A DNA stretch of 64,000 nucleotides, from positions 257-64,256 of the IMG/VR virus record IMGVR_UViG_3300037762_000038; one strand, given 5' to 3'. Both the position numbers and the translations under genes were made by a program. Of this stretch, positions 43,490 through 52,429 are shown piece after piece. Below the pieces are notes generated by a model. That model had not been told where the DNA came from and did not search any database. It saw only the letters and a list, made by a program, of their open reading frames with translations. This DNA is from a virus. Each line of letters begins with the position of its first letter. Within the stretch, counting starts at the first letter, position 1.

Positions 43490-45501
43490 TGCAACTGATG
43501 ATCCTCGACTACGAGACGTACTACGGCGACGACTACACGTTGAGCAATCTGTCCACGTCGGCCTACGTCATGGACCCGAGGTTCGAGGTGATCGGAGTTG
43601 GCATCCGCTACGGCGACCGCCGTGCATGGCTGGAGGAGTACCAGTGGCGCGCATTCGCGCGGAGCGTGGACTGGTCGCAGATCACGATGCTATGCCACCA
43701 TGCCCACTTCGACGGGCTGATCGGCTCCTACCACTACGGAGTGCGCCCCGGGTACTGGCTCGACACGCTGAGCATGGCGCGAGCGCTGCATGGCGTCACC
43801 GTGGGCGGGAGCCTCGGCAAGGTGTCGGCGCACTACGAGGTGGGCGTGAAGGGGACCGAGGTAGTGCAGGCGAAGGGCAAGCGCCGCGCCGACTTCACGC
43901 AGGAGGAGTGGCTACGCTACGGGGGATACTGTTTAAATGACTGCGACCTGACACTCGGCATCCTCCAGAAGATGCTGCCGACGTTCCCGCGCCCCGAGCT
44001 AGACCTGATTGACACGACCGTGCGGATGTTCACCGAGCCGGTCCTCGTGCTGGATCAGGAGAAGATGGCCCAGTATTACGCCGACGAGATCAAGCGCAAG
44101 GAGACGCTGCTGCTGGAGTGCGGCGCGGACAAGAAGGTGCTGGGCTCCGGCGACAAGTTCGCCGACCTGCTCCGCCAGTTCAACGTCGAGCCGCCGACCA
44201 AGCTGAGCCCGAAGCAAAAGAATGAGGACGGCTCGCCCAAGCGGGTGTATGCCTTCGCTAAGACGGACCCCGGGATGCAGGAGCTACTGGAGTACGAAGA
44301 CGATGACGTGCGCCTGCTCGCCGAGGCCCGGATCAGCATCAAGTCCACGTTGAACGAGAGCCGCAGCGCCCGCATCCTGAACCTCGGGGCGAACGGCCGG
44401 CCGATGCCGGTGTACCTGAATTACTCCGGGGCCTTCCAGACCAAGCGATGGAGCGGGGGCGACAAGGTTAACTGGCAGAACTTCGAGAAGACGAACAAAA
44501 GGAATCCGAAGAAAGGGATGATCCGCAAGTCCATCCGCGCGCCCAAGGGATACAAGGTGGTGAAGGCCGACGCCTCGCAGGTCGAAGCTCGCTTCAACGC
44601 GTGGGAGAGTGGGCAGGATGACCTCGTGGCGTTGTTCGCCAGCGGGGTAGACGTGTACTCCAGCTTCGCCACCGATGCCTACGGCCGCAAGATCGACCGG
44701 AAGAACGTGGCCGAAGACGAGTTGCCCGGACAGGTCGCTAAGATTTGCATCCTCGGTCTCGGCTACCGCATGGGTTACCTCAAGCTGGCCGGCGAATTGC
44801 TGATGGGCCGAGGCGGTGCGCCGAAGGTGCAGTTTAAACGCGAGGACATGGAGCGCCTGAGCATTGACCCGGCCCCCTTCCTTTCGAACCCGCGCATCGT
44901 GCGTGAGATCAAGGAGATGCCCAGCCGCCTGCCCGAGGCCGACCGTATGATCCACTGCACCGTGACGAACTACTTCGTGCAGACCTATCGCCGGAAGATG
45001 GATAAGATCGCCGGCAACTGGAAATACTGGGACGAGGTGATCAAGTGGATGGCCTCGGGCCAGTACGTGGGGGCCAAGGTGGGCAATCGGGGGCTGCTGA
45101 CCATCGTTGAAGACGGGCTCCTCATGCCGCACGGGCTGGTGCTCCGCTACCCGCACCTCGAACACAGCAAGGAGAACGGCTTCAGCTTCCTCGCCGATAA
45201 GGGCCAGCGCAAGAAGATTCACGGCGGCTTCATGGTAGAGAACTATACACAGGCCCTGACCCGTGTTATAGTGGCGGACGCTATGCGCGCTCTGACATGG
45301 GGACGCCAGCGTGCAGGGCTTGAACCTTACAAGATCGCACAGATGGAACACGACGCGCTGACGTGCGTTGTCGAGGAAGCAAGGGCAGGCGAGTGCCTGA
45401 CCGATCTGATGCGAGCGATTAGCACGCCCCCCGCATGGGCACAGGGACTACCACTAGCAGCCGAGGGCGGGATCGGCGACACGATGGGGGACGCGAAATG
45501 A
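43489..45501 (+). CDS. family A DNA polymerase with 3'-5' exonuclease domain (670 aa)
   Basis: Exo I motif MILDYETYY. Pol motif A KADASQVEARFNAW (compare T7 ADASGLELR). Motif B ICILGLGYRMGY. Motif C EHDAL. Confidence 0.85.
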   Translation: MQLMILDYETYYGDDYTLSNLSTSAYVMDPRFEVIGVGIRYGDRRAWLEEYQWRAFARSVDWSQITMLCHHAHFDGLIGSYHYGVRPGYWLDTLSMARALHGVTVGGSLGKVSAHYEVGVKGTEVVQAKGKRRADFTQEEWLRYGGYCLNDCDLTLGILQKMLPTFPRPELDLIDTTVRMFTEPVLVLDQEKMAQYYADEIKRKETLLLECGADKKVLGSGDKFADLLRQFNVEPPTKLSPKQKNEDGSPKRVYAFAKTDPGMQELLEYEDDDVRLLAEARISIKSTLNESRSARILNLGANGRPMPVYLNYSGAFQTKRWSGGDKVNWQNFEKTNKRNPKKGMIRKSIRAPKGYKVVKADASQVEARFNAWESGQDDLVALFASGVDVYSSFATDAYGRKIDRKNVAEDELPGQVAKICILGLGYRMGYLKLAGELLMGRGGAPKVQFKREDMERLSIDPAPFLSNPRIVREIKEMPSRLPEADRMIHCTVTNYFVQTYRRKMDKIAGNWKYWDEVIKWMASGQYVGAKVGNRGLLTIVEDGLLMPHGLVLRYPHLEHSKENGFSFLADKGQRKKIHGGFMVENYTQALTRVIVADAMRALTWGRQRAGLEPYKIAQMEHDALTCVVEEARAGECLTDLMRAISTPPAWAQGLPLAAEGGIGDTMGDAK

Positions 45502-45674
45502 CAGTGGAACAGGTCAAGAAATTGCGAGAGGCCGCGAGGGAGTTCTTCAACGCCACAGTCGCACGCCCCGGGGTGGTGTTCGTGCGTAGCACTACGCGCG
45601 CGGCCCGCGACCGTGTTAACCGGGCATCGGATCGTCTCGAAAAAATTCTTCAGCAAACGGCGGAGGGCAAATGA
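45498..45674 (+). CDS. hypothetical small protein (58 aa)
   Basis: ATGA overlap with the polymerase stop. Confidence 0.35.
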   Translation: MTVEQVKKLREAAREFFNATVARPGVVFVRSTTRAARDRVNRASDRLEKILQQTAEGK

Positions 45675-45997
45675 CCGACCAGAAAGCACCGGAGCAGGAC
45701 AACCAACCGAAGGTGAACCGCGAGGAGCAGAACCGGGTAATCATACCGATGATGCACCGACTGCTGCCACCCATCGTGCAGGCGGCGGCGCTGTACCATC
45801 AACTCTACCCGCTCGACAAGACCGCGCCGGAAGTAGTGGATGCGGTCACGGTGGCAGTGCCCTTGCGGCACTTCATGTTGATGACCAGCCTCGTGACGAA
45901 CCTCTGCGTCATGGAGATGGAGCGCCGGCAAGCGGCGAACGACGCCAAGGTCAGCGACACGTTCCCGCAAGACCACATTCCCGAGGGGGCAGCATGA
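45671..45997 (+). CDS. hypothetical protein (108 aa) ending in …DHIPEGAA
   Basis: ORF. Its C-terminus and the downstream junction are repeated at 50262-50295. Confidence 0.5.
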   Translation: MTDQKAPEQDNQPKVNREEQNRVIIPMMHRLLPPIVQAAALYHQLYPLDKTAPEVVDAVTVAVPLRHFMLMTSLVTNLCVMEMERRQAANDAKVSDTFPQDHIPEGAA

Positions 45998-46449
45998 AGA
46001 CCGTCTACCTAGCAGGGCCCATCACGGGGCTGGACTACGAGGGAGCCACGGACTGGCGCTACGCCGCTACGCGTCTGCTCGCGCCGGAGATCAAGGCTCT
46101 CTCGCCGATGCGCGGCAAGGAATACCTGTCGCACGTCAAAGAGTTCACGATGGACGGCGACAGGTACAGTCCGTTCAGTGTGATGTCCTCGAACCGGGGC
46201 ATTATGACCCGCGACCGCTGGGACGCTACTCGCTGCGACGTGCTCCTCGTTAACCTTCTCGGCGCGAAGCGCGTCTCCATCGGCACCGTCATGGAGATCG
46301 CGTGGGCCGACGCAGTGCGTACGCCCATCGTGTGCATCATGGAGCCCGAGGGCAACCCGCACGAGCACGGCATGATACTGGAAGCCATCGGCTTTCGTGT
46401 ACCCGGCCTCGAAGAAGCTCTGCACATCATCAAGGCGATGCTGCTATGA
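45994..46449 (+). CDS. nucleoside 2-deoxyribosyltransferase / dNMP N-hydrolase (Rcl/DNPH1)-like protein, paralog 1 (151 aa)
   Basis: N-terminal MKTVYLAGPITG matches the YLAGPF signature of the NDT fold. A conserved Glu follows later. Confidence 0.65.
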   Translation: MKTVYLAGPITGLDYEGATDWRYAATRLLAPEIKALSPMRGKEYLSHVKEFTMDGDRYSPFSVMSSNRGIMTRDRWDATRCDVLLVNLLGAKRVSIGTVMEIAWADAVRTPIVCIMEPEGNPHEHGMILEAIGFRVPGLEEALHIIKAMLL

Positions 46450-46901
46450 GGACCGTCTACCTTGCCGGCCCCATCACCGGCCGCACCATCGGGGAAGCCA
46501 ACGACTGGCGAACGCCAGTGATCGCCGAGCTTGCGAACTTCCGGATCAGGGGCATCTCGCCCCTGCGCTGCGAGCCGCCGCGTGGCGACCGGTACACCAT
46601 CGCCAACGCTGACCCGCAGTTCGGCACCGCGCGCGCCATCGGCAGCAAGAACATGATGGACGTGCGCATGTGCGACCTGACCCTCGCTTATCTGCCCAAG
46701 GCCATGAGCGCACCGTGGCCCAGCCTCGGCACCATCTCCGAGCTTGCTTGGGCGAAGGCGTTCAACAAGCCCACAATCCTCGTGTCTGACGACGCTCGTA
46801 TTTGCGAACATCCCGTGATCGACTCGAACTCTGGATGGATTCTGGATACACTGGATCAGGCAATCGAAGTAATCGTCGGCATCTTCAAGGACTACCCGTA
46901 A
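46446..46901 (+). CDS. nucleoside 2-deoxyribosyltransferase / dNMP N-hydrolase-like protein, paralog 2 (151 aa)
   Basis: N-terminal MRTVYLAGPITG. Tandem paralog of the preceding gene, with an ATGA-overlapped start. Confidence 0.65.
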   Translation: MRTVYLAGPITGRTIGEANDWRTPVIAELANFRIRGISPLRCEPPRGDRYTIANADPQFGTARAIGSKNMMDVRMCDLTLAYLPKAMSAPWPSLGTISELAWAKAFNKPTILVSDDARICEHPVIDSNSGWILDTLDQAIEVIVGIFKDYP

Positions 46902-46911
46902 AGGAGGACCC

Positions 46912-47172
46912 ATGCCCTACATCAAACAGATCGACAGAGACGCGCTGGGGTGCGGCACACGCCATCCCAGCACCGCCGGGGAGTTGAATTACACCTTCAC
47001 CCTGTTCGCGCTGGAGTACATTCAGCGCAAGGGGTTGAGCTACCAGCACATCAACGACGTGCTCGGCGCGCTCGATGGTGCGAAGCTGGAGTTCTATCGC
47101 CGGCTCGCTGCGCCCTACGAGGACAAGAAGATCGCCGAGAACGGCGACGTGTACGATCAGGAGGTCGCATGA
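46912..47172 (+). CDS. hypothetical protein (86 aa)
   Basis: GGAGGA RBS. Confidence 0.5.
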   Translation: MPYIKQIDRDALGCGTRHPSTAGELNYTFTLFALEYIQRKGLSYQHINDVLGALDGAKLEFYRRLAAPYEDKKIAENGDVYDQEVA

Positions 47173-48164
47173 AGCTGATCGGATTGGCGGGCCCCGCCGG
47201 AGTGGGCAAGGACACCATCGCGGACTACCTCGTCGCGACGCATAACTTCACGAAGTTCTCGTTCAGCGACGCGCTGTACGACGAGGTGGCAGCGGCGTTC
47301 GGCATCGACAAAGCCGTGCTCTATGTGCGCGAGACGAAAGAGCACCCGATGGAAGCGTTGCAATACTGGTACTGCAACGACCTCGCTTTTCAAGACATCA
47401 TGTTCGAACAACTGGCGCGCGTCCACAAGTACCCGCTGGACGTGTGGTGTTCGCCGCGTCAGGTGCTCCAGTGGTGGGGCACCGAGTACCGCCGCAAGCA
47501 GAACCCGGGGTATTGGATTTTTAAGGCTGGGCTCGTCGTGCGCGCCTACCTCGCGCTCGCGAAGGATGACCCCGAGACCCAGCGCGGCGGGCTGGTCAAC
47601 TGCTCCGTACGCTTCCCGAACGAGCGCGTCTTCGTCGAGATGCACAACGGCGAGGTGTGGCATGTGCAGCGCCCGAACTGGGGTGACGCTCTGCCGGCGT
47701 CGCAACGGGCCCATGTCGCCGAGCAGGGACTACCGGTGTTGCCGCGCGACAAGGTGGTGCTCAACAACGGCACCATCGAACAGCTTGGCACCGCTGCCAA
47801 CCTGCTCCTCAGCAGCCAGCCGGGTAGCATGATCAAGTGCGCCCCAGTCGGTCCCGAGCAGGTAACCTGTACGGGGTGCGGCTGGGTCCACATGGCCTAC
47901 ACGCGCGCCGAAGCGCAGCGCGAGGTGGACGACTTCAACGCATGGTTCGTCCAACAGACCGACGAGACGAAGGCCAGCTATGGCGGCAAGCAGTCACGCG
48001 TCGAGGATTACGAGGGCTGCGACCGCTGTGGCCGCAAGGTGTTCCGCCCGAGCAAGCCTGATGACGCGCCAATCGGTTGCACCATCGGGCCGGTGATCTA
48101 CGACCCAGCGGCCGAGGAGGCCGACCGCCGCTTCGGGCAACCGCATTACGGGCACGACGCATGA
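47169..48164 (+). CDS. deoxynucleoside monophosphate kinase (T4 gp1-like) with C-terminal Cys-rich zinc region (331 aa)
   Basis: N-terminus MKLIGLAGPAGVGKDTIADYL closely matches the T4 dNMP kinase P-loop (MKLIFLSGVKRSGKDTTADFI). C-terminus has CTGCG...CDRCG. Confidence 0.8.
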   Translation: MKLIGLAGPAGVGKDTIADYLVATHNFTKFSFSDALYDEVAAAFGIDKAVLYVRETKEHPMEALQYWYCNDLAFQDIMFEQLARVHKYPLDVWCSPRQVLQWWGTEYRRKQNPGYWIFKAGLVVRAYLALAKDDPETQRGGLVNCSVRFPNERVFVEMHNGEVWHVQRPNWGDALPASQRAHVAEQGLPVLPRDKVVLNNGTIEQLGTAANLLLSSQPGSMIKCAPVGPEQVTCTGCGWVHMAYTRAEAQREVDDFNAWFVQQTDETKASYGGKQSRVEDYEGCDRCGRKVFRPSKPDDAPIGCTIGPVIYDPAAEEADRRFGQPHYGHDA

Positions 48165-48379
48165 AAGTCCTTGTCAACGACTTCGTGAGGGCGTTTCGCA
48201 GCCTGCCCTCCCCCGAGCGCCAACACCGGGCTGTGCTGAGGGTAATAGGCCCCCCGCTGCCCTTCTATATCACGCCGATCTCTGAGGAAACCACCGGGGA
48301 AACCATCGCTGCCAAGGACATCATGCTGATCAGCGAGCCACAGCCGGACGGTGGCCGAGCGTGGGTGATGGACCTGTGA
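48161..48379 (+). CDS. hypothetical protein (72 aa)
   Basis: ATGA-coupled ORF. Confidence 0.45.
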   Translation: MKVLVNDFVRAFRSLPSPERQHRAVLRVIGPPLPFYITPISEETTGETIAAKDIMLISEPQPDGGRAWVMDL

Positions 48380-48870
48380 TCCCTGCCTCTGCCATCCTGT
48401 CGCCGTGCCGCAAGTGGCGCTACTACCTTCAGCGTACGTGGGTGGAAAACGCGCCACGGCTTGGCCTGATCATGCTCAATCCGAGCACGGCCGACGAGAC
48501 GGCGGACGATCCGACCATCGTGCGCTGCCGGGCCCGGGCGATGCAGATGGGGATGGGTGGGCTCGACGTGGTGAACCTCTTTGCGCTGCGCGCGACGGAC
48601 CCGATGGAGTTGTATGACTTCTTCGCGGAGCCGATCAGCGACCCGAAGCAGCCGGGCACGAACGACGCCGCCATCGAGGGTGTCGCTCGCACCGCCGCTA
48701 TGGTGATTTGCGCATGGGGCAAGCACGGCGCGCATCTCAGCCGTGGTAGAATCGTACTTGAAAAGCTGAGAAGTTGGCGCGTGGTCCCCCACGCGCTTCG
48801 TATTAACAAGGACGGCTCGCCGGGGCATCCGCTGTATATCGCGTTGAAGCACCGGCCCTTCCCCATCTAA
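48361..48870 (+). CDS. DUF1643-like phage protein (169 aa)
   Basis: GTG start. RKWRYYLQRTW and MLNPSTADETADDPTIVRC resemble the DUF1643 signature. Recalled from memory, so tentative. Confidence 0.45.
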   Translation: MGDGPVIPASAILSPCRKWRYYLQRTWVENAPRLGLIMLNPSTADETADDPTIVRCRARAMQMGMGGLDVVNLFALRATDPMELYDFFAEPISDPKQPGTNDAAIEGVARTAAMVICAWGKHGAHLSRGRIVLEKLRSWRVVPHALRINKDGSPGHPLYIALKHRPFPI

Positions 48871-48880
48871 GGAGACCTGA

Positions 48881-50098
48881 ATGCCTTTGCCAAAAATTAC
48901 CCGAGAGACCGCGCAGGCCGCGGTCGATGCGTTCGCTCAGCATGGAACCAAGATCGCAGCCGCACAGTCCCTCGGTTGGCCGATCTCCACATTCAAGAAA
49001 CGCCTGACCGACGCCGCAGGGATGGGGGTTAAGCCCGGCATGGACCCCGGCGGGGACCCGAAGCTCCTGCGAGCAGAACTCAAACGACTGGAGTCGAGCT
49101 TGAGGGATGCCGAAGCTAAGCTCGCTGATTCACAGGTAACCGAGACCAAAGTGCGTGAGGCGCTAACGAGCCTACGCGCTGCACCCATCTCCATCCCCAA
49201 CTGGGTGATCAAGGAACCGAAGCACTCCTCGCCCGGCGTGCCGACCCTGTTCGGGTCCGACTGGCACTGGGACGAAGTGGTGAAGCCCGCGCAAATCGGC
49301 GGGGTGAACGAGTTCAACCGCGAGATCGCGCACAAGCGTTTACACGCGATGGTCGAGACTGCGATCTACCTGCTGCGCATTCTGTCGCCGAAGATGGACT
49401 ACCCCGGCATCGTGTTCCCGTGGGGCGGCGACATGATCTCTGGCAACATCCACGACGAACTCGTGGCGACGAACCAGTTCAACACCATGCCGACGATCCT
49501 CGACATCCTCGGCGCGCTGGAGTGGGCGGTGAACGCGCTGCTCGAAGAATTCCCGCGCGTGTTCATCCCGTGCGTCACCGGCAACCACGGCCGCAACACC
49601 CACAAAATCTGGACGAAGGATCGCCATGCGACCTCGTTCGACTGGCTGATCTACAACCTCATGGCGCAGCGGTTCAAGGATAACCCGCGCGTCACGTTCC
49701 TGATCCCCGATGGGTCGGACGCGTACTACCGCGTGTACGGTCACCGGTTCCTGCTGACGCACGGCGATCAGTTCCGCGGCGGCGACGGGATGATTGGCGC
49801 GCTGGGCCCCATCATCCGGGGCGACCACAAGAAGCGCAGCCGCAATGCGCAGATCGACATGGAATACGACACGATGCTGCTGGGGCACTGGCACCAGTAC
49901 ATTCACCTTACGCGCCTGATCGTGAACGGATCGCTGAAGGGCTACGACGAGTACGCGTTCTCGAACAACTTCGGATTCGAGGAGCCGCAGCAGGCGCTGT
50001 GGATCAACCACCCGAAGTACGGCATCACGTTCCGCATGCCGGTTAAAGTGGACCGGGACAAGAAAGAGCAGAGTGGCGCATGGGTCTCAATCAAGTAG
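48881..50098 (+). CDS. calcineurin-like metallophosphoesterase (SbcD/Mre11-type nuclease candidate) with N-terminal HTH-like region (405 aa)
   Basis: Phosphoesterase motifs GSDWHWD, GGD, GNHG and a GHWH-type motif. Confidence 0.75.
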   Translation: MPLPKITRETAQAAVDAFAQHGTKIAAAQSLGWPISTFKKRLTDAAGMGVKPGMDPGGDPKLLRAELKRLESSLRDAEAKLADSQVTETKVREALTSLRAAPISIPNWVIKEPKHSSPGVPTLFGSDWHWDEVVKPAQIGGVNEFNREIAHKRLHAMVETAIYLLRILSPKMDYPGIVFPWGGDMISGNIHDELVATNQFNTMPTILDILGALEWAVNALLEEFPRVFIPCVTGNHGRNTHKIWTKDRHATSFDWLIYNLMAQRFKDNPRVTFLIPDGSDAYYRVYGHRFLLTHGDQFRGGDGMIGALGPIIRGDHKKRSRNAQIDMEYDTMLLGHWHQYIHLTRLIVNGSLKGYDEYAFSNNFGFEEPQQALWINHPKYGITFRMPVKVDRDKKEQSGAWVSIK

Positions 50099-50292
50099 TC
50101 AGCCCCGCGCTTCTCGCCATCGACGCCGAACGTATGCGCGTGCGTCGCTACGTGCGCAACAACTGGGGCAAGGTGTGGGTCACACACGAAGCGGTGTTCG
50201 AGGACGGGGCTCCTCTTGTCAAGGAGTTAAACGACTTCAGAGTCGTGCCCCGCATGTTCCCGATGGACCACCTCCCCGAGGGGGCAGCATGA
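50080..50292 (+). CDS. hypothetical protein (70 aa) ending in …DHLPEGAA
   Basis: ORF. Its C-terminal motif and stop/start junction duplicate those at 45970-45999. Confidence 0.4.
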   Translation: MGLNQVVSPALLAIDAERMRVRRYVRNNWGKVWVTHEAVFEDGAPLVKELNDFRVVPRMFPMDHLPEGAA

Positions 50293-50468
50293 AAATCTTC
50301 GGCGGCATCCTGCCGTTCCTCGGTCTTCGCACGTTCCCCGTGACACGCAATGGGGACATCACCGACATCCCGTACGCTCCCTACGAGGCCGACTGCCTCG
50401 TGGCTGAGTGGCTGGGCGAAGGCATTCAGCTTGCCACCTATGACATCCGCCGGAGGCAACGTGGCTAG
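50289..50468 (+). CDS. hypothetical small protein (59 aa)
   Basis: ATGA-coupled ORF. Confidence 0.4.
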   Translation: MKIFGGILPFLGLRTFPVTRNGDITDIPYAPYEADCLVAEWLGEGIQLATYDIRRRQRG

Positions 50469-51162
50469 GAAACCCTACGTCGCTGGGCAGGTGATCACGT
50501 GGAGCCCGTCGCGTGTAAACACCTTCAAGAAGTGCGCGCGCATGTTCCACGAGGAGGCGAACCTGCGCACCGTGCCGTTCGTCCAGAGCGTGCAACAGTT
50601 GGAGGGGGACAAGGTGCACAAGATGCTCGACAAGCGCATCAAGCGTGAAGCCGCCCTCCCGACTGAGTACATCCACCTCGAAGACGTAGTGGTCCCCATC
50701 GAGCGAGCGCCGGGCCGGACGATGGCTGAGCAGAAGATGACGATCAATGCGCACTTCAAGCCGACCGGCTGGTTCTCGGACGACGCATGGTGTCGCATCA
50801 TCGTGGACGTGATGAAGATCAATGACACGAAGGGGTTCATGGGGGACTGGAAGACCGGCAAGCCGAACTTCGACCAGTACCAGTTGAAGCTGAATGCCGC
50901 CATCGGGTTCATCTTCTTCCCCTCGCTGGAGCAGATTGTCACGGCCTACATCTGGCTGAAGACGAAGACGCTGGACCCCGAGACGTATCACCGAGCCGAC
51001 CTGCCGCGCATGTGGCAGGAGCTTCTTCAAGAGCCCACGCGCATGCAGGAATACAGCAATCGCGACTACTGGCCCGAGCGCCCCGGCCGGCATTGCGGAT
51101 GGTGCGGCGTGAACAAGCAGGGGCGGTGCACCTCAGCATCGGAGGCATACCGTGGAGCTTAG
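50461..51162 (+). CDS. PD-(D/E)xK family nuclease with C-terminal Cys cluster (RecB/Cas4-like exonuclease)
   Basis: GTG start. IIVDVMKINDTKGFMGDWKTGK contains D...D/ExK-type motifs. C-terminal CGWCGVNKQGRC resembles the Cas4/AddB iron-sulfur Cys cluster. Confidence 0.55.
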   Translation: MARKPYVAGQVITWSPSRVNTFKKCARMFHEEANLRTVPFVQSVQQLEGDKVHKMLDKRIKREAALPTEYIHLEDVVVPIERAPGRTMAEQKMTINAHFKPTGWFSDDAWCRIIVDVMKINDTKGFMGDWKTGKPNFDQYQLKLNAAIGFIFFPSLEQIVTAYIWLKTKTLDPETYHRADLPRMWQELLQEPTRMQEYSNRDYWPERPGRHCGWCGVNKQGRCTSASEAYRGA

Positions 51163-51493
51163 CGCAGCCGACATGGAAGACATCGCAGTAGCAAACGCCG
51201 AGCTATCCGCGGAGCTTGCCCGCAAGGAAAACGGGGAGCCGGTCGTGCTCCTCGTCTCGGGCCACGAGTACATGGAGGTGATCTCGAAGACCGAGCTTAC
51301 CATCACGGGTGCCTTCTACAATCGCTACAGCGAGACGCTGATCAGCGACTTGGAACAGCGGGGCTTCAAGCCGGTGCGCGCGCTGCGTGTGCTCAAGGCG
51401 AACGGGACCCGGGTATTTCTCGTGCAGACCCCCGATGGCCCGGACGTTTACACAGGGGGCAGGTACCACCCCGCCGTGAGGAGGAAGAAATGA
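51152..51493 (+). CDS. hypothetical protein (113 aa)
   Basis: GTG start overlapping the upstream stop. Confidence 0.45.
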   Translation: MELSAADMEDIAVANAELSAELARKENGEPVVLLVSGHEYMEVISKTELTITGAFYNRYSETLISDLEQRGFKPVRALRVLKANGTRVFLVQTPDGPDVYTGGRYHPAVRRKK

Positions 51494-51906
51494 CCCGCCT
51501 CAAGTTCGAGCAGAGCGAGAACGACGTGAAGAAGCTCGTGAAGAAGTGGTACGATGCGCATGGCGCATGGAGCTACGCCCCCATCCAGACGGGCATGGGC
51601 GAGCATGGCATCCCCGACCGAGTGGGCTGCGTACCGGTGAAGATCACGCCCGAGATGGTGGGCATGACCGTGGGCGTGTTCGTCGCGGTCGAAGCGAAGA
51701 AGCCCGGCCGGCGAGGAGAGGAGCGAGCGGGCATGACCCCGGCGCAACGGAACCAAGCAACCGAGATCAACCAAGCGCACGGCATCGGCCAGCTTGCGGA
51801 TGGGATAGCAGACCTCCACAATTTGGACACGATCATGCTAGAATACGGCCGCGGCAATAACATAGCCGGCGAAGTTTTCAAAGGGAGGATCGGGGAGCAT
51901 GGCTGA
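51490..51906 (+). CDS. VRR-NUC domain nuclease (138 aa)
   Basis: GIPDRVGCV...FVAVEAKKPG...TPAQ pattern typical of VRR-NUC (PD-(D/E)xK-related). Confidence 0.6.
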   Translation: MTRLKFEQSENDVKKLVKKWYDAHGAWSYAPIQTGMGEHGIPDRVGCVPVKITPEMVGMTVGVFVAVEAKKPGRRGEERAGMTPAQRNQATEINQAHGIGQLADGIADLHNLDTIMLEYGRGNNIAGEVFKGRIGEHG

Positions 51907-52147
51907 CATCATTGACGACGCGCAAGCGTACAACGAGTTACATCAAGAGGTGTCGCTCCGCAACCAGCAGGCGAAGATGCTACCCGAGACGCATCCCGGT
52001 TTCGATGGCTGGCACTGCGTGGACTGCGAGGAGGAGATTCCTGCTAAGCGCCTCGGCTGGGGCCGCATCCGCTGCGTCGGGTGTCAGGAGTTCAAGGAGC
52101 GCGCCGACCGCGCGATGCAACGCAACGGACGACCGGAGGAGCTATGA
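51899..52147 (+). CDS. TraR/DksA-family C4 zinc-finger protein (82 aa)
   Basis: CVDCEEEIPAKRL...RCVGCQE matches the DksA/TraR C4 zinc finger with its conserved spacing. Confidence 0.6.
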   Translation: MADIIDDAQAYNELHQEVSLRNQQAKMLPETHPGFDGWHCVDCEEEIPAKRLGWGRIRCVGCQEFKERADRAMQRNGRPEEL

Positions 52148-52314
52148 TCCCTTTCGTTCTGTATCTGGCTGGCAGCGTGATTCTGCTGTTCGCCTCAATC
52201 TATGGACTTATTGGCGCTAAGGTCCGAGAGGAGCCCACGCTGACGCACTGGTGCTTTACCGCCGCGAGTGTCGTGTTCTGCCTCGGCGGGATCGCTGGAT
52301 TGGCGGGACTGTGA
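52144..52314 (+). CDS. small two-TM membrane protein (56 aa)
   Basis: ATGA-coupled. Two hydrophobic helices. Confidence 0.4.
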   Translation: MIPFVLYLAGSVILLFASIYGLIGAKVREEPTLTHWCFTAASVVFCLGGIAGLAGL

Positions 52315-52429
52315 AGCCACGCATTCGCTGGTCACCGTGGTGGAGGAGATGGGTTTGCTACGTGCCGGGCCCGCGTGTAGGCCACTGGCCCGTCGGCGCA
52401 GGAGCTACCCCGCAACTTGCCCATAACGA

